Virus record (IMG/VR): IMGVR_UViG_2974516482_000001
Span: 95,225-159,128 of that record
From: a virus
Taxonomy: Duplodnaviria; Heunggongvirae; Uroviricota; Caudoviricetes; Ackermannviridae
DNA: 63,904 nucleotides
Direction: 5' to 3' (one strand)
Position 1 is the stretch's first letter. Each line of letters opens with the position of its first letter. The position numbers and the translations under genes were made by a program. A model generated the notes under the pieces. That model ran no database searches. It was not told the DNA's origin and saw only the letters and a program-made list of their open reading frames with translations. This document shows, in pieces, positions 1-9,248 of this stretch.

Positions 1-225
1 TGTACAGGTTGTGGAAATTCGTTTAGTGCTCGAAAATCTTGTGCTGAACGTCATACACCTGAATTAGAGCCATGTTCTGAATGTGGCGGTGAAATAAAAA
101 TGATTATTGGAGCACCAAAGATCGTATCTGGTGTTCGTGGTCCTCAGTCCGCGCCTGATGGCTTCAAAGACGTTTTGCGTCATATTAAGAAGCAATCAGG
201 GAAGGGGAATACAATCGATGTCTGA
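1..225 (+). CDS. FmdB-like zinc-ribbon regulatory protein (5' end outside window)
   Basis: Frame 1 reads CTGCGNSFSARK...PCSECGGEIKMIIGAPKIVSG...DGFKDVLRHIKKQSGKGNTIDV*. It has two CxxC pairs and sits upstream of gp33, as in T4-like phages. Not in the ORF track. Confidence 0.75.
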   Translation, partial: CTGCGNSFSARKSCAERHTPELEPCSECGGEIKMIIGAPKIVSGVRGPQSAPDGFKDVLRHIKKQSGKGNTIDV

Positions 226-460
226 TCAACAAATAGCACAAGTGCTCACACCAGATTCTTTTTCCGAATTGGTGTTGATGAGAGCAAGCCAACGCAAGGA
301 ATCAATCCTTGAAACGATGGCCAGTGTTTGTGAAGAGTATGACATCGAAGAAGCAAAGGTCAAAAAATTGATCACGCCTCCTCTTCTGTCAAGGCTAACA
401 GCTGAATGTTCTGATGCTCGGTTGTTGAAGGGTGAATTGAAATCTAAAAAACTCATTTAA
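218..460 (+). CDS. 33: Late promoter transcription co-activator gp33
   Basis: MSDQQIAQVLTPDSF...SILETMASVCEEYDIEEAKVKKLITPPLLSRLTAEC resembles gp33. Start refined to the ATG overlapping the upstream stop. Confidence 0.8.
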   Translation: MSDQQIAQVLTPDSFSELVLMRASQRKESILETMASVCEEYDIEEAKVKKLITPPLLSRLTAECSDARLLKGELKSKKLI

Positions 461-469
461 GGTTGTAAC

Positions 470-709
470 ATGAGCAAAGAGCAAATCTATAAAATGTTGA
501 AGGCGCAAGAGTATCTGCCAGGTTCTATCCGCTGGCGTCACGGTAGCCTCAATGAACATGCTGATGATATGGATCGTGTACGTTACACGACGCCGGAAGG
601 TAAATCCTATGTCATCGAATACCATACATTCTTGGAAGGACACAAAACCTTCTCGGATGTGTACGACATTATTGAAATAGACCCAGCAAAACAAATGATT
701 GCGGGTTAA
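470..709 (+). CDS. Hypothetical protein (79 aa)
   Basis: ORF track; lies in the co-oriented cluster. Confidence 0.7.
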   Translation: MSKEQIYKMLKAQEYLPGSIRWRHGSLNEHADDMDRVRYTTPEGKSYVIEYHTFLEGHKTFSDVYDIIEIDPAKQMIAG

Positions 710-733
710 CTCAATAGCAAAACGCAGTATAAT
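710..733 (+). promoter_or_regulatory. CTCAAT-N12-TATAAT promoter upstream of gp32
   Basis: Variant of the recurrent TTCAAT...TATAAT motif. Confidence 0.5.
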
Positions 734-805
734 TACACCGTCGGAATAATTGACAAATACATTTACAGAATAGCCCGAAGGGGCGGATTATAGAGGAATA
801 TTAAA

Positions 806-1837
806 ATGGGTAATTTATTTGATCGTCTTAAACAATCTCGTGGCCAACAAGCCGAAGCTATGCAACAGCGACTCGCTCAGCAAGGCCAGCGTGTTGGTGG
901 CGGTCGTGACCCACGCATCTGGAAGTGGACCTGGAATGACAAGGGTACTTCTGAAAACATCATTCGTTTCCTGCCGATCCCTTTGGTGGACATGAAGGCT
1001 CAAGAAGAAGGCACCATCCCTGAAGATGCTGTGTTAACTCCGTGTGCCATGATCATGAAACACGCATTCCAGGGTGCTGGTGGTTGGTATATCGAAAACT
1101 CTCCTCAGACTTTCGGTAACGATGATCCTGTTCGTGACCACGATCGTCCTCTGTGGGCACAACAGAAAGAAACGAACGATGAAAAACTGAAGACAGTCCT
1201 GAAAAAACGTCTGCCGGACACCAAATACTACGCCAACATCCTGGTGATCAAAGATGGTAACAATCCGGAAAACAACGGCAAGGTCTTCTTGCTTGAGTTC
1301 GGTAATGCCGTCAAGAAAATCCTGGATTCGGCTCAGAATCCTAAGTTCTCAACCGACCCGAAATTCGACCCGTTCGATATGTGGGAAGGTGCGAATCTGA
1401 TTCTGAATCTGTACGGCGAAGAGAAAGAGTTCGGAAACTGGAAAGGCCTGGTTGCCAACTTCACCAACGTGAAGTGGGATAGTCCGGCACCGCTGGGAAC
1501 CGACGAATACATTGAAGAGATCTGGGAAAAAGAGCACAGCTTGTTTGAGTTCTTTAATCCGGCCAACTTCAAATCGTATGAAGATCTGGAAAAACGTTTG
1601 CGCAAAGTTCTGGCCATCCCTGATAATCAGCCTCTGGTTGAAGGTGGTGCTTCTACTATGGCACATGCGCCTACCCAGTCTCAGGAACCCCAGCGCCCAA
1701 CAGCGCAGGAAAGTCTGAACCAACAACAATCTCAGCCTTCTAATGCACAGCAATCTGTTCCAGCCAATAATGGTGGTGCCGATGCGAAACAGACGGCTTC
1801 CATTGATGAGTTCGAGCAGTTCCTGAAGCAAGACTAA
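806..1837 (+). CDS. 32: Single-stranded DNA-binding protein gp32
   Basis: IIRFLP, HAFQG.GGWYIEN, DPFDMWEGANL motifs and an acidic C-terminal tail (SIDEFEQFLKQD). Confidence 0.95.
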   Translation: MGNLFDRLKQSRGQQAEAMQQRLAQQGQRVGGGRDPRIWKWTWNDKGTSENIIRFLPIPLVDMKAQEEGTIPEDAVLTPCAMIMKHAFQGAGGWYIENSPQTFGNDDPVRDHDRPLWAQQKETNDEKLKTVLKKRLPDTKYYANILVIKDGNNPENNGKVFLLEFGNAVKKILDSAQNPKFSTDPKFDPFDMWEGANLILNLYGEEKEFGNWKGLVANFTNVKWDSPAPLGTDEYIEEIWEKEHSLFEFFNPANFKSYEDLEKRLRKVLAIPDNQPLVEGGASTMAHAPTQSQEPQRPTAQESLNQQQSQPSNAQQSVPANNGGADAKQTASIDEFEQFLKQD

Positions 1838-1844
1838 TTTCGCT

Positions 1845-1866
1845 AAAGCCCCTTCGGGGGCTTTTT
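1845..1866. terminator. Bidirectional intrinsic terminator
   Basis: aaagcccc-ttcg-ggggcttttt between convergent genes. Confidence 0.85.
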
Positions 1867-2809
1867 AGTTTTTGACAACATCCTGTAACAATCCGAGTAA
1901 ACTACTCTTCTCAGACGCCGTCAGGTTATCATTGCCTAAGATATCCCTCTGGATGCCGATAGAGATCCTTTCGAAATCAGCCAGGCTGATACCAGCCAGA
2001 TTGTTTACAAGCTGATCGAGTTGCTTATAAGCCAGCAGGGCTTCACCTGTGAAGTTTCCTTCTTTGATCTTTTTATACAGCTGTCCGGCTTTTGACGCAG
2101 CGGTTTCCCAGTCTCCGGAAGCAAGAGCATCAGTAATACCCAAAGGAAGAAAATCGCTGGCGAGGCTGCGCGTTTCATATTCAGTCTCCGATAATACTTT
2201 GTTATAAGAAAAGGAAATGTTGTACTGATTAAATTGATCGGCGGCGCTTTTATCCAGATCTATAGAACTGAAGTTGATGGGGTGAGCCTCAGTCACATAA
2301 ACGCGATGAACAACCTGATCTTCTGTATCCATTTGTTCTATACAAATATCGGTCACGAAATCTTCATAATAACCCATCTTGGTTGTGTATGGGTCGAATA
2401 TCAGATTCTTCCATTTGTCCATGACCGACTTTTCATAATAATCGTTGGCGAGGAGGAACGACAACTCCAGATCAATGTTCGTCTTGTTGTTCGGCATTTT
2501 AATGTGGTTGCCGTTGTTGGTCATGGGAGTAGTGTCAATCCCTGTACCAGGTAAAGATGCGACCATACACATCATTTGCAGGGAACGAGACGTCTGGTTT
2601 GTCCCTCCAAAGAAAGCGTTTACAATACGGGCGCTTTGTTTGAACAGATCCCCAAATGATGAAGATGAAGGATATGCGTTCCCATCATTTGCTAGTGTCG
2701 CATTGGAATCAAATATTCCAGGCGGCAACGGAATTGTAACACGAAATCTGTTCTTGCGGGAAATACCCCGTTGAAGCAGTTGCGTTAGAAAATTGCGATA
2801 GTCTTCCAC
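1865..2809 (-). CDS. 54: Baseplate/tail tube initiator gp54-like
   Basis: RKNRFRV..., ASLPG, WKNLIFDP...MGYYEDF, HPINFSSIDLD motifs. Start refined to the GTG after a GGAG RBS, downstream of a late promoter. Confidence 0.8.
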   Translation of the reverse strand: MEDYRNFLTQLLQRGISRKNRFRVTIPLPPGIFDSNATLANDGNAYPSSSSFGDLFKQSARIVNAFFGGTNQTSRSLQMMCMVASLPGTGIDTTPMTNNGNHIKMPNNKTNIDLELSFLLANDYYEKSVMDKWKNLIFDPYTTKMGYYEDFVTDICIEQMDTEDQVVHRVYVTEAHPINFSSIDLDKSAADQFNQYNISFSYNKVLSETEYETRSLASDFLPLGITDALASGDWETAASKAGQLYKKIKEGNFTGEALLAYKQLDQLVNNLAGISLADFERISIGIQRDILGNDNLTASEKSSLLGLLQDVVKN

Positions 2810-2843
2810 GATGAGGACTCCATTTAAATAATATATCTGTTGA

Positions 2844-2851
2844 TATTTATA
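2844..2851 (-). promoter_or_regulatory. T4-type late promoter TATAAATA
   Basis: Exact TATAAATA on the minus strand upstream of gp54. Confidence 0.8.
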
Positions 2852-2863
2852 AGGAGTTGACAA

Positions 2864-3568
2864 ATGGCTAAGAACGCTATGGGTGAAGAAGACCCGTTGT
2901 TGCTTCCCGCCGAGATGGACGCCCCAGAACTGGTCAAGCGTTACATCCGCAAATATCGTCAACATTTTGGACCAGAAGCGAAACGTAATATCCGTCGTTC
3001 TCATGTGTGGTTTATGGAGCGCGTATCGAAAGATGCTAACTTATCTCCGAATCACATGATGAAAGCATTCGCTGAAAATAAACGTCCTGTTCAGGGTGTG
3101 CGTTATATTGTTGGCCGCATGTATTATTTCAAATATGATGCGCTGACTAAAGATGAACTCCCGTATTGGGATATGTATCCTCTGGTGTTCTTCTTCAATT
3201 TTGTGAAGGGGGACGGGGTGAAATTCGGTGAACGTGGTGTGACCTATCTTTATGGTCTCAACCTTCATTATTTACCACCAAAGCTCAGATTATTAGTGTT
3301 TGAAGATCTTATCAAGTTGAGGAACGAAAGAGCGTACCGTTCTAAAACTCGTTTGAGACTTACTTGGGATGCCCTGAAACGATTCGCCAATCACCCTCTG
3401 TACAACCATTGTGTGAAACTGTACCGCGCTGATCAATTTCGTTCACAACTTTATGAAATTGAACCGCAATATTGGGAGGTCGTTTTGTTTATGCGCACTG
3501 CTCGATTCCAGAAACAGAGTCAGATGTCTGTTTGGAAGGACGCACGTCGTAAACACAAAAATGGTTAG
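2864..3568 (+). CDS. 2: DNA end protector protein gp2
   Basis: YFKYDALTKDELPYWDMYPLV and GLNLHYLPP motifs are typical of gp2. Confidence 0.85.
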   Translation: MAKNAMGEEDPLLLPAEMDAPELVKRYIRKYRQHFGPEAKRNIRRSHVWFMERVSKDANLSPNHMMKAFAENKRPVQGVRYIVGRMYYFKYDALTKDELPYWDMYPLVFFFNFVKGDGVKFGERGVTYLYGLNLHYLPPKLRLLVFEDLIKLRNERAYRSKTRLRLTWDALKRFANHPLYNHCVKLYRADQFRSQLYEIEPQYWEVVLFMRTARFQKQSQMSVWKDARRKHKNG

Positions 3569-3608
3569 TTCTAAAAGCCGTTCTACGTGATAATTCGCGA
3601 ACGGCTTT
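3569..3608 (+). promoter_or_regulatory. TTCTAA-N14-GATAAT promoter inside a 10-bp inverted repeat (also terminator-like)
   Basis: aaagccgttc...gaacggcttt flanks GATAAT at 3589-3594. Confidence 0.55.
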
Positions 3609-3629
3609 CTATAAACATGAGGTTATGAT

Positions 3630-4376
3630 ATGTCACAGCTACACCGTATTTTTGGTATTGAATTCAGTTCTAATTGCGTTCGCTATGATCGCACTCATAA
3701 AGATTCGGGTGGTAAAACCGGATATGAACTCGGTAGCCAGTTGGGATATTCCAAGGAACAATTGTTCAATCAACACAGGCTGAATGAAACGGATCTTCTT
3801 AGGGTTATGGGTATTGAACTTGATTCCGAAGCCAGCTTGGATCTGGGTGACGAAATTCGTTTTGGCAAACCAGAAGCATTGGAATTCATTGAAGATTTCG
3901 TTTCTGGTTATACCCAAGCCGCTACGAACCGCCGCGCTGCTAATGATGCAGTGGGTAAATTCTACTTTGCGGCGAAATATCTTGCCGACAAACGTATACA
4001 GATGGAAGCGGAATTCAGTAAAGAAAATCTGAAAGCAGTTTTCGGCGAAGAAGGTGATTTCCGTTTAATGCCGGAATCTGGTACTGATTCAGCTCGTGAT
4101 TTCTTTGAAAAACCATTTGTGGTCAAAGGCTGTGAAATTCTTACCGACGAAGACCACGCTTTCGCAATCCATACTGAAGTCGTTTACAATGAAGAGAATT
4201 GCCTTGTTATTTCCAGATTGTTCAACAGTCTGTCATATACAGCGTATTCTTTGATTGAACGTTGTATGGAAGAAGAGCATCGTCAGGTAGTGGTGAATAA
4301 AATTCGCTTACACGTTGAGCAGAATTTTAACGGGTTTGGTTGTGAATCCGGCGAAATCCCTAATTTCTATCTGTAG
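3630..4376 (+). CDS. Hypothetical protein (248 aa)
   Basis: Long ORF with GAGG RBS. Confidence 0.8.
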   Translation: MSQLHRIFGIEFSSNCVRYDRTHKDSGGKTGYELGSQLGYSKEQLFNQHRLNETDLLRVMGIELDSEASLDLGDEIRFGKPEALEFIEDFVSGYTQAATNRRAANDAVGKFYFAAKYLADKRIQMEAEFSKENLKAVFGEEGDFRLMPESGTDSARDFFEKPFVVKGCEILTDEDHAFAIHTEVVYNEENCLVISRLFNSLSYTAYSLIERCMEEEHRQVVVNKIRLHVEQNFNGFGCESGEIPNFYL

Positions 4377-4393
4377 CACAAGCAGGGGGCTGT

Positions 4394-4681
4394 ATGAAGA
4401 AATATGTTCGTCTGAACACGGTACTGGAATCTGTAATCGAATATTTCATAATGCAGCACCTGAGAGCAGAAAATGATCATGTGAGCGATGCTTTGACTTA
4501 TGACCACCGGATAGTGGTTCATTCCGTCGAAATAGTGGACGACGAATTGTTGATTGCCAACATAGAACATGCTCTCTGGGACGAAGTTTTGGACCAGTAT
4601 GTTCAACCCAAATTCACACAGATCGAGTTGTCTGCCATGTGGCCACCTGAAACAGTTTTCAATATTGATATACAAAGTTAA
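4394..4681 (+). CDS. Hypothetical protein (95 aa)
   Basis: ORF track; GGGGG RBS-like element upstream. Confidence 0.7.
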   Translation: MKKYVRLNTVLESVIEYFIMQHLRAENDHVSDALTYDHRIVVHSVEIVDDELLIANIEHALWDEVLDQYVQPKFTQIELSAMWPPETVFNIDIQS

Positions 4682-4758
4682 TATTCACTCCAGTCCGCGC
4701 TGATACAGCGTTCCGTTGTCTAACACAGAAGTGTTAACCAACTTTTCAATAAAAAGTG

Positions 4759-4787
4759 GTTTACATCTTCTAAAAAGGCAGTATATT
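4759..4787 (+). promoter_or_regulatory. T4-early-like sigma70 promoter GTTTAC-N17-TATATT
   Basis: Preceded by an A-rich UP element. Confidence 0.65.
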
Positions 4788-4854
4788 AATGTTCCAGACG
4801 CACAGTTGAACATTAAACTGCCAAAGAAGGTTACTACACAAAAGGGTTTTTATT

Positions 4855-5814
4855 ATGTCCTATATTCTTCATATCGAGTCCGGCCTGAAATTTGAAATTG
4901 ATGGTAAAACCGCTGCTGATCTTCAAGCAGAAATCAAAGGTGCAGACCTTATCATCGGCAACGTCACGTTACGCCGTATGATGGAAGGCGTCCTCCAGTC
5001 AGCCAACGGCTTTGAACTCATTGAAGGTCTGAGCCAGGAAGAGAAAGAAGAGACTCTCGAAGCTCTTGACCGCGCTGAAGCCGAAAAAGTTAAACCGACC
5101 GAAGATGCGGGGGTTAAACAGGGCGACGGTGAATCAAATCCGGTGATTGACGCCGAAGAAACGGTTGGGCAACCTGTCGGTGATCAAAATTCCCAGACCG
5201 TCGAAGACGGTTCTCTTGAAGTCAACAAAGACGGTTCCATTTCCCTGGTAGTTGAAGGCGAAGAAGTTCTTGACGAAGAAGCGCAAGCCCGTGCTGAAGA
5301 AGTTCGCCGTCGTATGCTGGGCACAACCGTTGCTGAAGCAATCGCCGACGTTGAAAATCCGAAGGATGATCAGGCTTTAGCGAACGCGAAGGCGGTTCTG
5401 GCCAAGAAATCTTCTGAAATGCGCCCTGCATCTTCTACCGAAGAACGCAAGCGTCGTCATAACAAGCGTGAAGAAATGGTTGAAGCGGCTCGCGCATCCA
5501 ATTATGGTCCTATCCTGGCTGCGGTTGAATCGGGGGTTGTGCCTGGGGTTTATTTGAGCTATGTGAATCCGGATATGCGCTGGTTCCAGTTCCCTGTTAC
5601 CGAACTGGCAGATGAAGCCAATCCACACGCCCGCACCAATACTTATGTTGATCTGGCGCCGATCGTTTCCGGCGGCTGGGGGTTCAGTCTGTATGTGAAT
5701 GGTAAATCATTCACCAAACGCCAGAAAATCAAAGAAACTGATGCCGAATCTCTGGTGAAAGCAATCAATGAATGGTTGCCACAGGCGTTGGCCGAAGCGA
5801 AAGCTGCTGCGTAA
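4855..5814 (+). CDS. Acidic hypothetical protein (319 aa), likely early
   Basis: Long ORF downstream of an early-type promoter. Confidence 0.8.
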   Translation: MSYILHIESGLKFEIDGKTAADLQAEIKGADLIIGNVTLRRMMEGVLQSANGFELIEGLSQEEKEETLEALDRAEAEKVKPTEDAGVKQGDGESNPVIDAEETVGQPVGDQNSQTVEDGSLEVNKDGSISLVVEGEEVLDEEAQARAEEVRRRMLGTTVAEAIADVENPKDDQALANAKAVLAKKSSEMRPASSTEERKRRHNKREEMVEAARASNYGPILAAVESGVVPGVYLSYVNPDMRWFQFPVTELADEANPHARTNTYVDLAPIVSGGWGFSLYVNGKSFTKRQKIKETDAESLVKAINEWLPQALAEAKAAA

Positions 5815-5829
5815 TTTAACTCAGAAGCA

Positions 5830-5870
5830 TTCAATAGATGAAGGGGCTGCTATAATAGCAGCTCCTTTTG
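5830..5870 (+). promoter_or_regulatory. TTCAAT-N15-TATAAT promoter with the -10 box in a hairpin loop, followed by a U-tract
   Basis: aaggggctgc-TATAATA-gcagctcctt-ttg. Confidence 0.7.
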
Positions 5871-5886
5871 TTTATTGGAGCACGTC

Positions 5887-6549
5887 ATGTCTTATTCGCT
5901 CAAAGGGCTGTTGAAGCGCCCTGTGCATTTGTTTGTCAAACCACCTGCTGTAGAAGGGGAATATTCGGCACGAGGAGAGTTGTATTACATTAAAGGCTCC
6001 AATGGTAGTGGTAAGTCTACTGTGCCTTCTTATTTGGCGGAGAATGATCCTCAGGCGTATGTCGTAACCCATAACAGTAAGATCATGCTCACGGTTTGTC
6101 CATCTTACAATATTGTCTGTGTCGGTAAATATGACAAGTCTAAGTCCAAAGGGGTTGATTCTCTGAAGGATACTGAGCAGATGTTGTTCGCGTTGTCTAT
6201 TGCTGACCAACCAGAATACCTGAAATATGATGTGATTTTTGAAGGCATCATTCCGTCTACATTATTGAGTTCTTGGATTCCCCGCCTGACACGCCCACCA
6301 CGTGAATTGGTCGTCCTCTTTATGGATACCCCTCTTGAAACCTGTATTGCCCGTGTTAAATCGCGTAACGGTGGCGCAGACTTCAATGAAAGTCTGGTGG
6401 TCGAGAAGTGGGAGAGAGTTCATGATCACCGTCAACGGCATAAAGGCTTGTTCCCTACCGTTCCCGCAGGTATGATGAAGTCCGATGGCCTGACTGTAGA
6501 GCAGGCTGTTTTTGCGTTTCTCAATCGTGATTTTGGGAGTATTGATTGA
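5887..6549 (+). CDS. P-loop nucleotide kinase-like protein
   Basis: Walker A GSNGSGKS, DVIFEG Walker-B-like, and a DTPLETCIARV.SR lid; directly upstream of the dUMP hydroxymethylase. Confidence 0.75.
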   Translation: MSYSLKGLLKRPVHLFVKPPAVEGEYSARGELYYIKGSNGSGKSTVPSYLAENDPQAYVVTHNSKIMLTVCPSYNIVCVGKYDKSKSKGVDSLKDTEQMLFALSIADQPEYLKYDVIFEGIIPSTLLSSWIPRLTRPPRELVVLFMDTPLETCIARVKSRNGGADFNESLVVEKWERVHDHRQRHKGLFPTVPAGMMKSDGLTVEQAVFAFLNRDFGSID

Positions 6550-7604
6550 TGGAGATTTTTGCTTTAAACAATAATGATATGCTGAAGAAGGCTGTGCTGG
6601 CTATCCGTGAACACGGGATTGAGTCAGATCCTGGCAACGCAGAGATTAACACTGACGGCACTCGTTTTATTGATGGCGTGACGATTACGGTGTCTGACCC
6701 TCGCGATCGTTGGTTATCTGTTGAAGGTCGTAATTCATCTGCGCTTGCTGCGATTGGTGAAACATTCTGGGTTCTGTCAGGCCGCAATGACATCCGTTTC
6801 CTTTCCCGAGTCCTCCCTCGTGCGGTCAACTTCTCGGATGATGGCGTAACGTGGCGTGGTGCTTACGGACCACGTCTGTACAACTATGGCCAGCTGGATA
6901 GTGTCATCAACCGTTTGCGCAATAACCCCAACACCCGTCAGGCATATCTCACCATCTATGATCCAGCTCTGGACTCAGATGAAAGTTTGGCCGCGCATAA
7001 TGAAACAGGCGAAGCCAAGACCAAGGACATGATCTGTAATCTGGCTCTTTTGTTCTCTATTACAAACCGCTGTCTGAACATGACTGTCATCAACCGTAGC
7101 CAGGATGTTCTTTGGGGAATGTCTTCGATTAACTTCATTGAATTCTCTATTATTCAGGAAGTGATCGCTAATGTTTTGGGCGTGAACGTCGGCCAGTACA
7201 AGTTGTTCTCCAACAATCTTCATTATTACAACAATGAAGTAAGCCAAAAACAGCTGAGTAAAATCACGGTGGATACCGTCGTGGTGGAAGAAGGAATGTT
7301 CAAAGACAAGATTATTTTCAATAATGAAATTGTTGAAGAGCAGAACGGAATCCTGTATATGTTCCGTGACGTGTTGGAAGCGTGTGAAAGTGGATTATCC
7401 TGGTCTTCTGTAGTGGGGATGTTGGAACGCTATGGCGCGGACAGAGGGTTGTTGATGCAAATGGCGTATTGTTTGTGGTGTCGTTTGAACGGTGTTCTTA
7501 TCAATCATATGTATATTGCTGATGATGGGTTACTGAATGCTCTCCGTCATTCTCCTGTTGATCGCAAATATATGAATCCTCGTTCTTTGGGTGGTGACAA
7601 ATGA
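6549..7604 (+). CDS. Thymidylate synthase-family dUMP hydroxymethylase
   Basis: YGPR, QLD.VI..L..NP.TRQA, catalytic C in DMICN, NRSQD and HYY motifs. The hmdU assignment comes from family context. Confidence 0.85.
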   Translation: MEIFALNNNDMLKKAVLAIREHGIESDPGNAEINTDGTRFIDGVTITVSDPRDRWLSVEGRNSSALAAIGETFWVLSGRNDIRFLSRVLPRAVNFSDDGVTWRGAYGPRLYNYGQLDSVINRLRNNPNTRQAYLTIYDPALDSDESLAAHNETGEAKTKDMICNLALLFSITNRCLNMTVINRSQDVLWGMSSINFIEFSIIQEVIANVLGVNVGQYKLFSNNLHYYNNEVSQKQLSKITVDTVVVEEGMFKDKIIFNNEIVEEQNGILYMFRDVLEACESGLSWSSVVGMLERYGADRGLLMQMAYCLWCRLNGVLINHMYIADDGLLNALRHSPVDRKYMNPRSLGGDK

Positions 7605-8170
7605 TGTATCCTAATCTGGAATTCTTCACGGGGCGCAAGCGCTCCGGTAAAGACTTCTGCCTTGAATCTCTGATAAGTTTCCATGAAATTCAGGGTTACA
7701 AAGAAATCCGTCGTCTTTCATTCTCAGACGAGTTGCGACGTGTCGCCAATTTCATCTACCCATGGCTACCAGCGGAGGTGGAGGATGCTGTGAAGGACGT
7801 TTCATTCATACACCCCGATAACCCCAAGGGCTTAACTCCACGGCAGATCTGGCTTCATCTCGGCAGCGATACGGGCTTGCGTTACGTACAGCCTGATCTG
7901 TTCCTGGCGTTCTTCAAGCGCTTCCAGCTTCCTCTGGTAGAGCAGAACCCTCACGTCCATTATATCGTGAGCGACCTGCGCACCCCCCAGGAATATGAAT
8001 GGGCGCTGAGCACTAAATGTCCCATCACCCGCATTTCAAAGGCGGATCGCGGTGGTATCATAGAGGATGACATTGAGGCTTTCATTGATAAGATGGAAGT
8101 TGATTATGAATTTGTCAATCCGTTTGAAGGTTGGCAACCGTTCGTCAAATTTTATAGGGATCGGAAATGA
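7601..8170 (+). CDS. 1: Deoxynucleoside monophosphate kinase (gp1-like)
   Basis: GRKRSGKD, SFSDELR, TPRQIW...G and VSDLRTPQE motifs. Confidence 0.85.
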   Translation: MMYPNLEFFTGRKRSGKDFCLESLISFHEIQGYKEIRRLSFSDELRRVANFIYPWLPAEVEDAVKDVSFIHPDNPKGLTPRQIWLHLGSDTGLRYVQPDLFLAFFKRFQLPLVEQNPHVHYIVSDLRTPQEYEWALSTKCPITRISKADRGGIIEDDIEAFIDKMEVDYEFVNPFEGWQPFVKFYRDRK

Positions 8171-8718
8171 TTACAGCAGAGCATATCAAAAGTCTGCTCG
8201 AACTTCAAAAGGCCACCAACGTGGCCTATTTTGGGGAAGAGTGGCGTAAACATTGGACTCATGTGGCGGTGATGAACTCCATCTATCGTGAGTGGGCAGA
8301 GTTCCTTGACGAAACAACCCAGGACTGGAAAATCTATGGCGGTGGGATACAATATGACCGAGAAGCAGCTGTCTACGAATTGGTGGACGTGGTACATTTT
8401 ATGTTGTCTTCCATTTTATCTGGATTTGGTTCTGCTTTCCCAGTTGAAATGCAGATTGACATTTTCTTCAAGGACGGACGAGTGATAGACAAATCGGCCA
8501 ATCTGGAATCGGTCACAGAATGTTTTACGTCATTTATGGAACAACCAGATGTTATCCGTTTTGTGCGGTTTTTATCAAAGGCTTGTGGTTATTTGGATCT
8601 GGACACCGAAACCTATATGCTGGCCCACAAGCGCAAGAACGATCGCAATCGTCTACGTGCTGCTGGCGGTGCGAACTATGACAAGTCTGCCGAAACCCCT
8701 CTGACTCTGGAGTTCTAA
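8167..8718 (+). CDS. dut: Dimeric all-alpha dUTPase
   Basis: EWAEFLDE, ELVDVVHF and KNDRNRLR motifs of the dUTPase_2 family. Confidence 0.75.
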   Translation: MITAEHIKSLLELQKATNVAYFGEEWRKHWTHVAVMNSIYREWAEFLDETTQDWKIYGGGIQYDREAAVYELVDVVHFMLSSILSGFGSAFPVEMQIDIFFKDGRVIDKSANLESVTECFTSFMEQPDVIRFVRFLSKACGYLDLDTETYMLAHKRKNDRNRLRAAGGANYDKSAETPLTLEF

Positions 8719-9248
8719 TGTTTACAGTCGTCGTATCATATTATGCGGAACATGCCCCGCACATGGCAGAGAACTTTGCTGAGTTTATTAAACCTGGCAG
8801 ACATGTCGTTATCGCGACCAAATTCAACAAAGAACCAGATGGTGCGGCTACTGTAACGCAACATATTACAACTCCAGAGCCGGAAACACTTTTTAAACGC
8901 ATTGAAAATTTTGCTTTTGGCGGGGAAGAAATTCCAGAGTCATTGCAGCATATCTATTTTGAAGATGCGATATATTATGTTCATGCTATTCCAAAGGATG
9001 TTACAACTGAACAAATGATGTATATCCTGAATATCGCATTGAATGTTTCTTGTGTCAACAGGGCACAGCACAATCGTCTGCGTAATATGTATTTAACAGA
9101 ACGCGGGGGTTCCGAAATTAACGATGAAAAACTCCCGTCAATAATGGCGATTCACGAAGCAATCAATATATTGTCCAAGAAAGTCTTGGGCACCGATTTA
9201 TTAATTACGATCAACAAGCAAGAGGAAACGAAATGGCCGATTCATTGA
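8718..9248 (+). CDS. Hypothetical protein (176 aa)
   Basis: Translationally coupled ORF (TAATG overlap). Confidence 0.75.
   Translation: MFTVVVSYYAEHAPHMAENFAEFIKPGRHVVIATKFNKEPDGAATVTQHITTPEPETLFKRIENFAFGGEEIPESLQHIYFEDAIYYVHAIPKDVTTEQMMYILNIALNVSCVNRAQHNRLRNMYLTERGGSEINDEKLPSIMAIHEAINILSKKVLGTDLLITINKQEETKWPIH

Noticed and set aside
2810-3004. N-terminal extension of gp54
   Set aside because: It overlaps gp2 on the other strand and lies upstream of the late promoter; the GTG at 2809 has an RBS.
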